From NCBI RefSeq assembly GCF_006345805.1, contig NC_043017.1:3658001-3722000 (forward strand): a DNA stretch of 64,000 nucleotides, written 5' to 3'. This document shows positions 27,331 to 39,929 of the stretch, piece by piece. Each line of letters opens with the position of its first letter. The first letter of the stretch is position 1. Both the position numbers and the translations under genes were made by a program. Source of the stretch: Octopus sinensis. Its lineage: Eukaryota. The notes below the pieces were generated by a model, which searched no databases, was not told the DNA's origin, and saw only the letters and a program-made list of their open reading frames with translations.

Positions 27331-29429
27331 TAACGGAACGAATCCCCTTTCAAAGCAAAGCAAAAAAAGTCTCTTTTTTGTACATTTATTGCTGTAATTA
27401 TTTTATTCCTCATTACACACCGAAATGTTCAGACTAGTGCCTCCCATTTTGGATGTTTTAATCACGTTTCAGCTGTTGTACCTTCTTCAGATGCCTGTCG
27501 TATTCGGTAAGATCTTTGGCATAACTTCAATTTTTTCTTCTGTGTCTAGAATCGAACCTATTCAATCCGCGACAGTGAAATGTTCTTATTCCATGTCAGA
27601 GAAATTCTTGTAAGAGTTATTTTCGTATTTGTAATATATCTTTTGGAAGCGCAATGGCCCAGTGGTTTGGGAAGCGGACTCGCGGTCGGAGGATCGCGGT
27701 TTCGATTCCCACACCGGGCGTTGTGTGTATTTATTGAGCGAAAACACCTAGAGTTCTACGAGGCTCCGGCAGGGGGTGGTGGCGATCCCTGTTGTACTCT
27801 TTCGCCCCAACTTTCTCTCACTCTCTCTTCCTGTTTCTTGAGTAACGCTGCGATGGACTGGCGTCCCGTCCAGCTGGGGAACACATACGCCATAGAAACC
27901 GGGAAACCGGGCCCATGACCCTGGCTAGGTTTTAAAAGGGCGAAAAAAATGTATCGTACTAGTTCCACTTGAGCTAGAATACGTATAGATTCACTAACCC
28001 AAGGACTAAACTCATGTCCACTAGTTAAAAGTCTCACGCCCAACATTTACTGTTTAATTTGCATTTAGAATAATTACACAACTGGATAACTTGGTAACTG
28101 ATAATTGTTGTTGTTTGTTTCTTCTCAAGCCACGCCTGGCTCTTAAGGGCCGGTTTCCCGGTTTCCTTGGCATATAGGTTCTCCACCTGGATGGAACGCC
28201 GGTCCGTCGCAGGTGAGCTGCAAGATGCAGGAGGAAAGAGTGAGAGAAAGTTGTGGTGAAAGAGTCAGCAGAAGTTTCGCCATTACCTTCTGCTGGAGCC
28301 GCGCGGAGCTTAGGTGTTTCGCTTATAAACACACACATCGCCCTGTCTGAGATTCGAACCCGCGATCCCTCGACCGCGAGTCCGCTCCTCTAACCAATAG
28401 GCCATGTGCCACCACGACTGATAATTAGGAGCTTTGAAATTGATTGGTTTTTCTTGGATTTTTAAAGGCTGCTTTAATTCGCTAGCTCTATACTCATATA
28501 CATACGTACTTATGTACACACACAACTACACATATACACTTACATGCATTTATATGACAATGGCACTCCGTCGGTTACGACGACGAGCGTTCAAGTTGAT
28601 TCGATCAACGGAACAGCCTGTTTGTGAAATTAGCGTGCAAGTGGCTGAGCACTCCACAGAAACGTGTACTCATAAAGTAGTTTTCAGGAAGATTCAGCGC
28701 GACTAGGAGTGTGACAATGCTGGCCCTTTGAAATAAAGGTACTACTCATTTTTGCCAGCTGAGTGGACTGGAGCAACGTGAAATGAAGTGTCTTGCTCAA
28801 GAACACAACGCAGCGCGGGGAATCGAACTTGCGACCTTACGATCGTGAGGGAATACTCCTAACCACTAAGCCACGCACCTTCACTGATTCGTTTTCCTGG
28901 GCGAGGTTTTGCTTGTGTATTACTTTATGTAATTGAGCTCTACATTCGGATATTGAGCACTGTATCGGTTACATGAAAGTATATAGAAAGACGTTGTGTG
29001 AGACATGTGCATGTGTGTACGAGTGTGTGTGTGTGTGTGCGTGTACGAGTGTGTGTGTGCGCGTATGTGTCTCGGTATGCATGTGTGTATATATCTACAC
29101 ACACGCACACCTGTTATAGCAAGCAGAAACCAAGCAAAATCAAGCAGCGCTGTTCTATCCACATATTTAACATTTTTCTTTATACGCCATTTATGAAAAA
29201 TGTGCTTTATCTCGCGGCTTTAAATTTTATTGAATTTCTTGTGGTTACTGTTACGTGTCTAGGCATGTCGCCGCAGCTCAACTCCAAGACTAATCCCATT
29301 TTATTTGCGACTACATTATGTATATTTTCTTCGTTGCTCTATAAACGTTTACCACAAATTTTTTTCACCTGTTCGTTTTACGATAAACTTCTGTTATTTC
29401 ACCATCAGCTGTTGGCTACTTTTTCTTCC

Positions 29430-29574
29430 TATAAGGTTGTCCCAAAAGTTCGTAGAAAGTCTTGGAAAATAATGGTCTTTATTTTGAGGAATAATTTTTG
29501 TTGTTTTTGTTAGTACTTGGCGAGTAAAAATTCAATTTTCGCAAGTGTTTACGAACTTTTGGGACAACCTAATA
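29430..29574. mobile_element. Mariner-type MITE, about 145 bp
   Basis: 21-bp perfect TIRs aggttgtcccaaaagttcgta / tacgaacttttgggacaacct, TA ends. Confidence 0.8.
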
Positions 29575-29928
29575 TTGCAATTGTTTAGTTCTCAAAAACG
29601 ATATTAATCTAGAATTCAGTGGTTCTGTACAGGGCTCCTTATGGTCCTTGGTGGTGGTGGTGGTGAGGGGGTCTATATACGATTTTTGTTGTTAAAATTT
29701 ATGTGCAATATATGGTTTATACGTCTACAATACACAAGTCGTTTTTTAATGTTGAACCAACATGGCATGATTTCAGGAAGATGTGGCTGCTATTTTTAGC
29801 ATGTTGAGCAACTACGTAGAAACTCTCTAGCTGCATGGCGTACAGCGTGACTGCGTTAGGATGAGGTTATTATATATGCTTCTTCCTGATGGTGTGAATA
29901 TTTTTTGAGCCCAGTATATTAGCAGAGT

Positions 29929-30185
29929 GAAGGCGCGTGGCTTAATGGTTAGGGTGTCAGCATCATAGTCGTAAGATTGTGGTTTCGATTCCTGGACCGG
30001 GCGACACGTTGTGTTCTTGAGCAAAACACTTCATTTCACGTTGCTCCATTCCACTCAACTGGCAAAAATGAGTAACGCTGCGATGGACTGGCGTCCCGTC
30101 CAGCTGGGGAACACATACGCCATTGAAACCAGGAAACCGGGTCCATGAGCCTGCCTAGGCTTTAAAAGGGCGCATTTATTATTTT
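29929..30185 (+). mobile_element. tRNA-headed SINE family D (representative copy)
   Basis: aaggcgcgtggcttaatggttagg...gtttcgattcctgg; copies at about 6290-6530, 28560-28885(-), 47760-47996(-), 59500-59700, 61555-61888(-). Confidence 0.8.
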
Positions 30186-30219
30186 TTATATTAGCAGAAA
30201 TAAAGGATATGATAAAAAT

Positions 30220-30705
30220 AAAGACAGGTAATATCATACGTGCTAGACTCTTCAATAGCACCATCCTACCTGCGCTCTTATACACAAGTAAGACGTGGAA
30301 TACTACGAAGAGGATAAAACATCGATTGGCTAGGACGCAAACGACTATGGAAAGATCTATGCTGGGAATATTACGAGAGTATATTCGTTGGTCTGAAGTC
30401 ATTCGAGAACGAAGTGGAGTGAACGATGTGATTCACAGAGTACCGAAAGCACAAGTTTTTTTCTGAGCCGAATATGTCGCAAACTTCAAAGACAACAGGC
30501 GAACCAGCGCAGTTGCCGAATGGAATCCAAGAGATTAGGAAAGACCACTTGGAAAGCCTTCACAACGATGAGAAGAGAAGACAATTTTGTTAAGCGATTT
30601 GGCGCAAGATGGAAAATAATGGCGCAGTCAAGACGGAATTAGAAGCGCATTGTGACTAAGGGTGTACAATAGCATATCTGATGGTCTGCTTGATACTGTG
30701 ATATC
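30220..30705 (+). mobile_element. RTE LINE 3' fragment fused behind a family D SINE
   Basis: LFNSTILPALLYTSKTW...RLARTQTTMERSMLG...EVIRERSGVND; EWNPRD..RPLG. Confidence 0.8.
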
Positions 30706-32469
30706 AGCAGCAAGGGCGTATGTGTATAAATGTGTGTACATGTGAGCGTGTGCCCGTAAACACTCTATACAGTGTATACCAAAAATTTTGTCGAAGTCGT
30801 ATCCCATGACATTTGATGGCGGAGATTTGCGAAACAGCTTTTCGATCAGAAACCGTCATCGAAGGAATCATATCTGAAGTGTCCTTCCCTAAACGTCGTG
30901 CATTTTTTTCGTAGTTTTATACTTTTATACTTTGTTATCTTTCCATCCTGAAGATTTACCAAAATCTTATTTCACAATCGAGTGTTGTTTCGCTATTTTT
31001 TCTTCTTATAACAATTAATTTCTTTTTCAATTATCTACAACAATAACCACTATTTTGCTTCTCTACACAATTTACTTTATATTTTAAAAATATTTGTTTT
31101 GTTTGCTTTATTTGGATAAATATTGGGTTGTCCGGAAAGTTCGTGCCGATTTATATTAGCTTACCTTTCGACTTATTTTAGAACATGGTTGAGTCCATAA
31201 ATAGGATTTGACTACACCTCCGTTTAGAGCACAGGAAAGGAATTAGTCGATCCCTGTACTTGACTGGTATTTTACATTATCGGTTTTGGAAGGATGGAGC
31301 ACAATGTTGACATCACCTGGATTTGTCCATCGAACGTAGAGAACCAGAAAAAGTATTTGTTCCAAATTTTGGCGCAGGAGTCTCGGTGCTCAGCTGACAC
31401 TTATTTTATCGACCCCGAAAGGATAAAAGTAAAGTCGACCTCGGCGGAATTCGAACGCAGAATGTAAAGATTGACGAAATGCCGCTAAGAACTTTTGTCA
31501 GGTGTACCAACGATTCTGCAAGCTTGCCATCTTATAAAACCAGAAAAAATATTGCATAGCAATTTGCCTTACGCTAAAATGATTCTGCCAACCCGCTGCT
31601 CTGGTAATTCCTGCATTGCAACTCTTAATGATAAATTTACCTTTGGTATTTTGTAATATTAGAAATGCTAATATCCAATATATGCTCTTATATTATTTTG
31701 TACTGATGTTGTTTTGTTTCAAGTTAGATATTCTAGCCATGAATCGTACAGCTTCTCTTCATATATCGAGGAAATAGGATTATATTATCCAATGTATCCG
31801 AATTTTTGTGAAAACAAACCATTTTTCACGATTAATTGACTGATTGCATTCCCAATATGGCGACTCGGACTATCACTAGTTACCTCTGATTCTTGCAACT
31901 CATTTATCGTCTGGTTATGTTAAGTGAGCCGCAAAGGCCATTATAAAGTTTTGGTGGTTCACAATGTCCCAGAAAGATTAATTTGGAAGATTATGATTCC
32001 AGTGTGACTCCTTCTGAAGGGAGACAACAAACAGAAAGAAAGAAGGAAAGAAAGAAAAGTGGGTGTGTTAAATGAAATTGCTGTGGTTTTTAGGTACAGG
32101 TCACAAGTATGAAAAGCATTCCAATCGTGATCATCCTGCCTTTTTTATATACATCAAAAACTGCATTTTTCTATATGACCTTTCCTTTTTAAGATGGTAG
32201 GGCATAACTGGAAAGAGATTTGGTTGCCATATTTCTATCAGAGAAAGTCATAGGCTGGTTTTTTTTCCGTTATACATCAACGCCCTACAGATGCAAAGTG
32301 TAAACATAGTATAAACTCTCATTCCCTATCTCTCTCAGACACGTACTTAGAAAAAGATAGGAGCTGAGATAGATAGATGGATAGATAGATAAATAAATAG
32401 AGAGAGTAAGAGAGAGAGTGAATGAAAAATACAGAGAGAAAGAAAGATATTTGTATTTATACTGAAAAC

Positions 32470-33438
32470 AGTTTTATTGCCATTTTATTTTTGTTCCTTA
32501 CAATTCAGCTAGAAGAACCTAGAAAAGGAAAAAAAAACAATACAACACGTATTGTTTGAAGAGAAAAGAGATATTAGTTTCTATGTAAGGCACAGCGCCA
32601 CAAATTTGAGAAGGGAGGAACGGTCGATGAAATCGACGCCAGTACATGACTGGTACTTTATTTGAAAAAGACCACAGAAAGGTGAACGACAAAGTTGACC
32701 TAGGCGGAATTTGAACTCAGAATATAAAGGGACGTAACTAAAAACAGTAAAGCATTTTGTTCGACGCCCTACTAATTCTGCCATCCCACTGCCATTGTCA
32801 ATCTGCCGCCCTAAGATTAAGAAAGATAAGGCACACTAATCTTCTGGAAAACCTAATCCCATCTTCCCAATTGTTTCAGATGAATTTTGATTTTTCTTCC
32901 TTTTGTATATAATATAAAGAACCTTTTCCAAAAATTTGATTTTCTGTCTTACCTTTAATACAAGTTTCATCAAACGATAAGTGTTTTTTAAATATAGGGA
33001 TGGAAATATGTTGAATCAGTCACAATGTAGGCACCTAGGACCCACACCGACCGAAAATTAGTTGCGATATCTACGAAATTGTCTAGATCCCTAGCCCAAC
33101 AACCATTTTGTATTTTGGGAATATATGAAATAACAAGCGAAAGCAGTTGAGAGTATTTAATATCGATGTAGCTTAGCCATAAAATATGTTGTGTTGAGAG
33201 GACTGAATAGAGCATTTTTTTCTTTTCTAAATTATGTAATTCTTTAGAGAACGGTGTAAAAAATATAACAACAAAAAAAAGAAGAAATAAAAAAAACAAC
33301 AAAGTAAAGAATTATATTATCCCTCAACTGAAGATATTATATAAGAAACTCTTTGCCATGAAATAATTAATCTTCTGGAAGTTGAGATAGAGACAAAAGG
33401 TCTTCTTGGCCAGGACTTCCTCTATCAAAACAAGGGTT
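32470..33438 (-). other. Putative 3' UTR of the IF gene
   Basis: Follows the stop. Candidate minus-strand poly(A) hexamers: ATTAAA at 32954-32959, AATAAA at 32473-32478 and 32484-32489. True end undetermined. Confidence 0.3.
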
Positions 33439-33474
33439 TTAACCAGAGTATTTGACGTGGAGCAAAGCTCTTTC
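33439..33474 (-). CDS. IF terminal coding exon: ERALLHVKYSG*
   Basis: Strong acceptor ttttatcttttcag, phase 0, TAA at 33439-33441; completes the LTD (D..d.ErA motif). Confidence 0.8.
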   Translation of the reverse strand, partial: ERALLHVKYSG

Positions 33475-33544
33475 CTGAAAAGATAAAATGAAAGAATGTT
33501 ATTGATACATAAATATCCCTTTTGTTATATCATCATCATCATCA

Positions 33545-33600
<56 letters not shown>

Positions 33601-34127
33601 GAGTGAGCGAGCAGAGCATGCCATCAAAGTGACACTGGGGTAAAATATACGAAGCCCAGTATACCCATTATGACTACCCGTCTGATAAGGGTACACCAGG
33701 CACATGCATCACAACCATATGTGCGCGACATGGTGATCTCATATCAAGATAAACAGCACATGACCTTGCAGGTGGAGCCCAGTTAGAATTTTCTTCAGAT
33801 CGAGTAACCCATCCCGCTCAAAAGGTCCCTGAATAAGGGTTGTTTAAGGACGTTGAACGAAACACCCATGTTTCCAGAGGTGAATTATTCAAACCCCAAA
33901 GAATCCCTCTCAACACATGGCTATGATGCTCCCCCACTACTTCTGCTCGTGATCAGAGATGCACATATCGTCAGCCACTAAGGGACATGCTCAACTGGTT
34001 AAGGCCAAACAACTGACAAGCAAATCTGTAGTATTGAGCAGAATATTTGCTGTAGCCCATCTTTTATACCAAGACAAAACAATGTACATGATAATTATTA
34101 TTATTATTATTATCATCATCATTATCA

Positions 34128-34194
<67 letters not shown>

Positions 34195-34204
34195 CATTAT
34201 CATC

Positions 34205-34370
<166 letters not shown>

Positions 34371-34715
34371 TATCATGGGAGGGCACATGGCCTAGTGGGT
34401 GCATGGTGTTGTATTTATGATCGCGAGATCGCGTTTCAATCCCCAGACCACGCGGTGCGTTGTGTTCTTGACCGAGCAAAACACTTTTTATCTCGCGTCG
34501 CTCTGCGATCACATCGCCACTCGACGCGTGCTGTACACTATAACAGCTGTTCAGGCAACGTCGATCTGATGAAAGGAAGGAGCGGGCCCAATGTTCAGCA
34601 CGAACATTCGATCACTACCAGCAAATCATTTGTGAAGGTCATTCAGCAAAGGCTGAACGCTCATACGTCGTCTTCGACAGGAGAGTCCATCACCACCACC
34701 ACCACCACCACCACC

Positions 34716-34749
<34 letters not shown>

Positions 34750-34905
34750 TCATCGTCGTCGTCATCATCGTCGTCATCATCATCGTCAACCTCATCGTCA
34801 TCATCGTCAAGATCGTCATCGTCGTCATCGTCGTCATCATCGTCATCATCGTTATCATCATCATCATTGTCATCATCATCGTCATCGTCATCGTTATCAT
34901 CATCG

Positions 34906-34958
<53 letters not shown>

Positions 34959-35422
34959 GTTAATGTTGTTGTTGTTATTGCTGTTGTAATTAATTAGCAG
35001 GTATTTTATCTTGATGTTTATTGACGCAACAAATCTCTCAAATCATAAGATTCTTTCTTAGAATTCTTACAGAATATAGAACGATAGTTTTTTTTTTTGT
35101 TTTTTTTTTCAGGTTGGGAACGCGAGTCTCAGTTCCAATATCTTTCTGTCTCTTTTGGTACCATCTTGGGTGTTGTGCCAAGTGCCACAATTCCTACAAG
35201 AATTATTGCTGTCTTAATCTTCCACAGTTTCTGCAGCTCTTGGCTAAATCCTGGTAGTTCTCGGTTTTCTCACTCCGTTAACATTGGGAAGTGCGAAGTC
35301 TGCAGTCTTGCATCGTTTATTGTGTTCCCTATAAACGTATATGGTCTTCCATACGGTCTACGGCAGGTCCGAACGATTCCATTCTAGTCAGATGGGCGAA
35401 TATTTCCAACAGCAACATCCGT

Positions 35423-35730
35423 GGAGGCGCAATGGCCCAGTGGTTAGGGCAGCGGACTCGCGGTCGGAGGATCGCGGTTTCGATTCCCAGACCGGGCGTT
35501 GTGTGTGTGTTTATTGAGCGAAAACACCTAAAGCTCCACGAAGCTCCGGTAGGGGGGGTGGCGATCCCTGCTGTACTCTTTCGCCACAACTTTCTCTCAC
35601 TCTTTCTTCTGTTGGCCTGCTCACTTAGCCAGCGGGGTGACGTCATTTGACGGCTAAAACAATGCGAAGCGCATTGTGACCAGCGATGTGTAGCAACATC
35701 TGATAGCCTGGTCGGTCACGGTGACGGTGA
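35423..35730 (+). mobile_element. tRNA-headed SINE family C (representative copy) with RTE-like 3' tail
   Basis: TGGCCCAGTGG / GGTTTCGATTCC boxes; copies at about 20875-21170, 27645-27945, 28100-28410(-), 48580-48955(-). Confidence 0.85.
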
Positions 35731-35919
35731 CATACATACATACATAAATTCATACATACATACATACATAAATTCATACATACATACATACATAAATTCA
35801 TACATACATACATACATAAATTCATACATACATACATACATGCATGCATACTTGTATACACATGCATAGATGCTCACAGACGATGTATGTGTATGTGTTT
35901 GTGTATTGTTATATCTTAC

Positions 35920-36033
35920 CCTGTCATTTTCGTCTCTCAACGTGATCCTAGATGCAACGTTCAGCGGGCCCCATTCATTAACAGAGGAAGAAACAACTCC
36001 GTCCTTAGTATTACCGAATTTTGAACCCCAGAT
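35920..36033 (-). CDS. IF exon (LTD end): IWGSKFGNTKDGVVSSSVNEWGPLNVASRITLRDENDR
   Basis: Acceptor ttttcattttcag, donor GTAAGA; 114 nt, phase 0-0; IW and WG motifs of the LTD. Confidence 0.92.
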
Positions 36034-36775
36034 CTGAAAATGAAAAAAAAACAAACAAACAATAACATTAGCAATGAATTTGAACCTTTGTGATCTAAGT
36101 ACCGACGAAAGAAATATAGGGAAAACTAAGAAGGGAGCTCGAATAATAAGGGAGTAAAAATAAAAACAAACCGAGAAAGAGATGGTGCGAAATCTGAGAG
36201 TGACTTATGTTAGCGAGTGGAAGCGCGTGGCTTAGTGGTTAGAGTGTTGGACTCATGAACGTAAGATTGTGGTTTCGATTCCTGGATAGGGGACGCGTTG
36301 TGTTCTTGAGCAAAACACATGGTGTATATATTTCCCGGTGGTGAATATAAACACCATGGAAACCGGGAGCCTGCCCTTATGAGAAGGAACTTTACGTTTT
36401 TATGGTGGGAGAGTGTGGGGAGAAGATACTGCGTGCTTTTCTTGTACACCTGCGGCCTCCTTTAGGTTGTTGTAGACTTTAACTGAAATTTCCTGAAGAT
36501 AGGCGCAGGCGTGGCTGTGTGGTAAGAAATTTGCTTCCTAATCACAAGGTTCCGAGTTCAGTCCCACTGTGTGGTACCTCTACTATAGCTTCGGGTCGAT
36601 CAAAGCCTTGTGGGTGGATTCAGTAGACGAAAATTGAAGAAGCCCATGACACTCACACACACAAATGTGTGTGTGTGTGTGTGTGTGTCTGTGTTTTGAT
36701 ACATTGTATCTTCTGGCAGAAACAGATGTAAAGTAATAAATTCAGGACATGATTTCTTATTCCCTTATCATAATA

Positions 36776-37171
36776 CTAGCAGTATCGCCCGGCGTTGCTC
36801 GGGTTTGTTTCGACCCTTTAGAATTGAAATTTTTGAAAAGTAAAAATTTTGCATTAGGTAGCTTGTTATTCTCTTTAAGTGAACAGTTTTCCGGTTGAAA
36901 TACACCGACAAATGGCGACACAGCAGTAAAAAAAATCGTAAAAAATAGGGATTTTCATGGAAAAAAAAGCACCTTTTTGATGTAAATAATTTTTGGTGTT
37001 AACATAGTCCGATTTGAATTTTTTCTTCTACGGAAGAAAGAGTAAGCCTTCTTCTATCATACTCGCAATTTTGGTCAACTTGCGCCGCAGAGTCTCGGAG
37101 GAGATGGTGTTAGTTGAAGGCTACCAAACCTGCCATACACACACAACTTCAGCTTTATATATAGAGAGAGA
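36776..37171 (-). mobile_element. Non-autonomous Helitron
   Basis: Minus strand begins TC, ends CTAG with subterminal hairpin cccgagcaacgccggg (36788-36803), inserted between A and T. Confidence 0.78.
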
Positions 37172-37192
37172 TAACATGGCTTGTGAACTTAC

Positions 37193-37306
37193 CTTTACTT
37201 CTTTCTCTGTGGCAAACACGTTGTTATCTTTAAAGACGTGGGTGACAGTTGCTCGACCGTCGTCAAATGTACGAACCAGCTTCCAGTTTTTAAGGTTAGT
37301 TGATGG
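37193..37306 (-). CDS. IF exon (LTD middle): PSTNLKNWKLVRTFDDGRATVTHVFKDNNVFATEKEVK
   Basis: Acceptor cacgcag after pyrimidine tract, donor GTAAGT; 114 nt, phase 0-0; LTD L..WkL.R motif. Confidence 0.92.
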
Positions 37307-37582
37307 CTGCGTGTGTCGAGAGAAAAGAATAGAATATGAAAGAACAACAACAAGAACAACAAGTAAAAACAAAACCCAGTCTCCAACGACAATGATGTTA
37401 TAGACACTTACCAACGGATCTTTTCACGTACACGAACAAACACATAAATACATGCATACATGCATTCACACATGACAACATATACGAGTGTGTGTGTGTA
37501 AATTATACATGCATACATACATGCAAGTATATATATATATATATAGTAAAAGAGGGAGTGGTGTTTCCACACAGGGAAAAGA

Positions 37583-37806
37583 TATAGGAGAATGTGTTGT
37601 TGAAAATGCCCTTAAATTTGAAAAGCTCGTCAATGTTTCAAGAACATTTATTGACATATATACCAGTATATACTTGCATGGATTTATCTATTTATCTCAT
37701 TCTCTCTATCCAATATATACCAATATATATGGTATATATGTAAATAAGTGTATATTAAACATTCACGAGCTTTTGAAATTTAAGGGCATTTTCAACAACA
37801 CATTTT

Positions 37807-37812
<6 letters not shown>
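37583..37812. repeat. Inverted repeat: about 56-bp arms, about 120-nt spacer, next to (TA)n
   Basis: tataggagaatgtgttgttgaaaatgccc... versus ...gggcattttcaacaacacattttcctata. Confidence 0.7.
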
Positions 37813-37872
<60 letters not shown>

Positions 37873-38012
37873 TTGATACATAGAGATAGATAAAGAGAAA
37901 GAGAGAGGAAGATAAATAGATAAATACATGCAAGTATACATGTGCAGATATATATATGAATACATATATGTATATATGTATATGTACATGTACATATATA
38001 TATATATATATA

Positions 38013-38338
38013 TATTGGTGAATTGAAGAAATGGAGCTGAACGCAGATTGAACAGAAATCGTTTTATTCATTCTACACGTGTTTCGAAAGGCAAACACAC
38101 GTGCCTTTCGAAACACGTGTAGAATGAAATAAAACGATTTCTGTTCAATCTGCGTTCAGCTCCATTTCTTCAATTCACCAATAATGTTTTAATTTCAATT
38201 ATCCGCACCAACGCACGGTGCAAAGCCAGATGGTTGTACCTCCAACCGTGCTGTTCACTGCTGTGATTTTTGCTACTAAGGTATCGGTTAAACTTTTGAT
38301 TAATCTACTACAAGATTATTCATCTTTCTATTTCACAT
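38013..38338 (+). mobile_element. Fold-back element (81/82-bp arms, 8-nt loop) plus about 155-bp unique tail, in (TA)n
   Basis: Arms 38013-38093 and 38102-38183; retains GAAAC-acgtg-TA half of a hammerhead; same family as 56822-57392. Confidence 0.75.
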
Positions 38339-38609
38339 ATATATATATATTATGTATATATATATATTATATATATATATGTATGTATGTATATATATAT
38401 ACATATCTCAATATCTATATCTATCTATCTACTATCTACCTATACATACATACATATATATATACATATATATATATAAACATATATATGTATATATATA
38501 TATATATGATATATATTGTATATATATGTATATATACATGATATATACATGTATATATATGTATATATAAATATGTATATATATATGTGTATATATATAC
38601 TATATATGT

Positions 38610-38640
<31 letters not shown>

Positions 38641-38678
38641 GTATATATATGTATGTATATATGTGTATATATATACTA

Positions 38679-38714
<36 letters not shown>

Positions 38715-38941
38715 CTTTATTTTAAGCAGCAGAAAATTCAACAAAATCTGTTACTCTGAGTTTCTCGTTGCCGTTCATCAGACAGTTTTTCTAGCAAAAA
38801 CTGTCTGATGAACGGCAACGAGAACTCAGAGTAACAGATTTTGTTGAATTTTCTGCTGCTTAAAATAAAGCATATTACTCTACCACTGGTATTTGAGTAC
38901 TCTTTTTTCCACCTTGTTTCACATTTATGTGTTTACTCCGG
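38715..38941 (+). mobile_element. Fold-back element (76/75-bp arms, 5-nt loop) plus about 70-bp tail, in (TA)n
   Basis: Arms 38715-38790 and 38796-38870 are perfect apart from one indel; hammerhead core in the arms. Confidence 0.78.
38748..38785 (-). ncRNA. Minimal type I hammerhead motif within a fold-back element
   Basis: Minus strand: ctgt-CTGATGA-acg(gcaa)cga-GAAA-C tcaga G-TA-acag; A-A mismatch at the base of stem II. Confidence 0.62.
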
Positions 38942-39158
38942 TATATATATATATATATTGATAGATAGGTAGATAGATAGGTAGATAGATAGATATAATA
39001 TGAGTAAAGGTTATAAGTAAAGGATCTGAGAGATCCAACGTAGTTAGTATCACTCATTTGTATTTCACGAAATGGTTGCACAGAAACACGGTTTATATAA
39101 AGTGTGTGTGTGTGTATGTGTGTGTGTGTGTGTGTGCGTGTGTTTGTCTTTATATATA

Positions 39159-39209
<51 letters not shown>

Positions 39210-39929
39210 CATATAAATATATCTGTGTGTGTGTGTGTGTACTTTAAAATATTCATGTTTCTCTGTGGAGCCATTTGGCAAAATGGAAATAAAAAAAGGG
39301 AACACCATCAAGGAACACGTGCTGGCAAACATCATTGAAAAAGCAACTAAAATGCCACGATTCAGGTATTTAGGGTGAACATTAAAGACAACAGAGCGTA
39401 ACACAGACAGTTTGGAGATCTAGGAAGTCAATCTTCATTAATAAACCGAAGCCGTCGATCAATGACAGACGAAAGTCACACGAGGCATATGGATTTTTAT
39501 AATGATCTCAAATTTTAGCGCAGGGCCAACAAGTTTGGGAATTGGGTTAAGTCGATTACTTATACGTCGACCCCAGTGTTCAACTGGTATTTATTTTATC
39601 CTTCCTGAATGGGTGAAAGGCAAAGTCGAACTCAGCGAAATTTGAATTTAGAGCGCAAAAACGAACGAAATGCCGCTAAGCATTTAGCCCAGCGCGGCGG
39701 TAAAGATTCTGTTGGTTCACCGGCCAATCACTATAAACAAATCCTCTGTGTGGTTGTTCAGCAAAGATTGCCGGACCCTCTAATTACGAGAGGGTTCATT
39801 ATATAGATATATATATATATATAAAGGGGGAGAGGGGGTAGAGAAAGCTAGAGAAACTCAGAGAAAGTGCGAGAATGGAGAGAGAGAAGAGAGGGACGAT
39901 TCGCATATAGAGATATATTCAAATACTAA

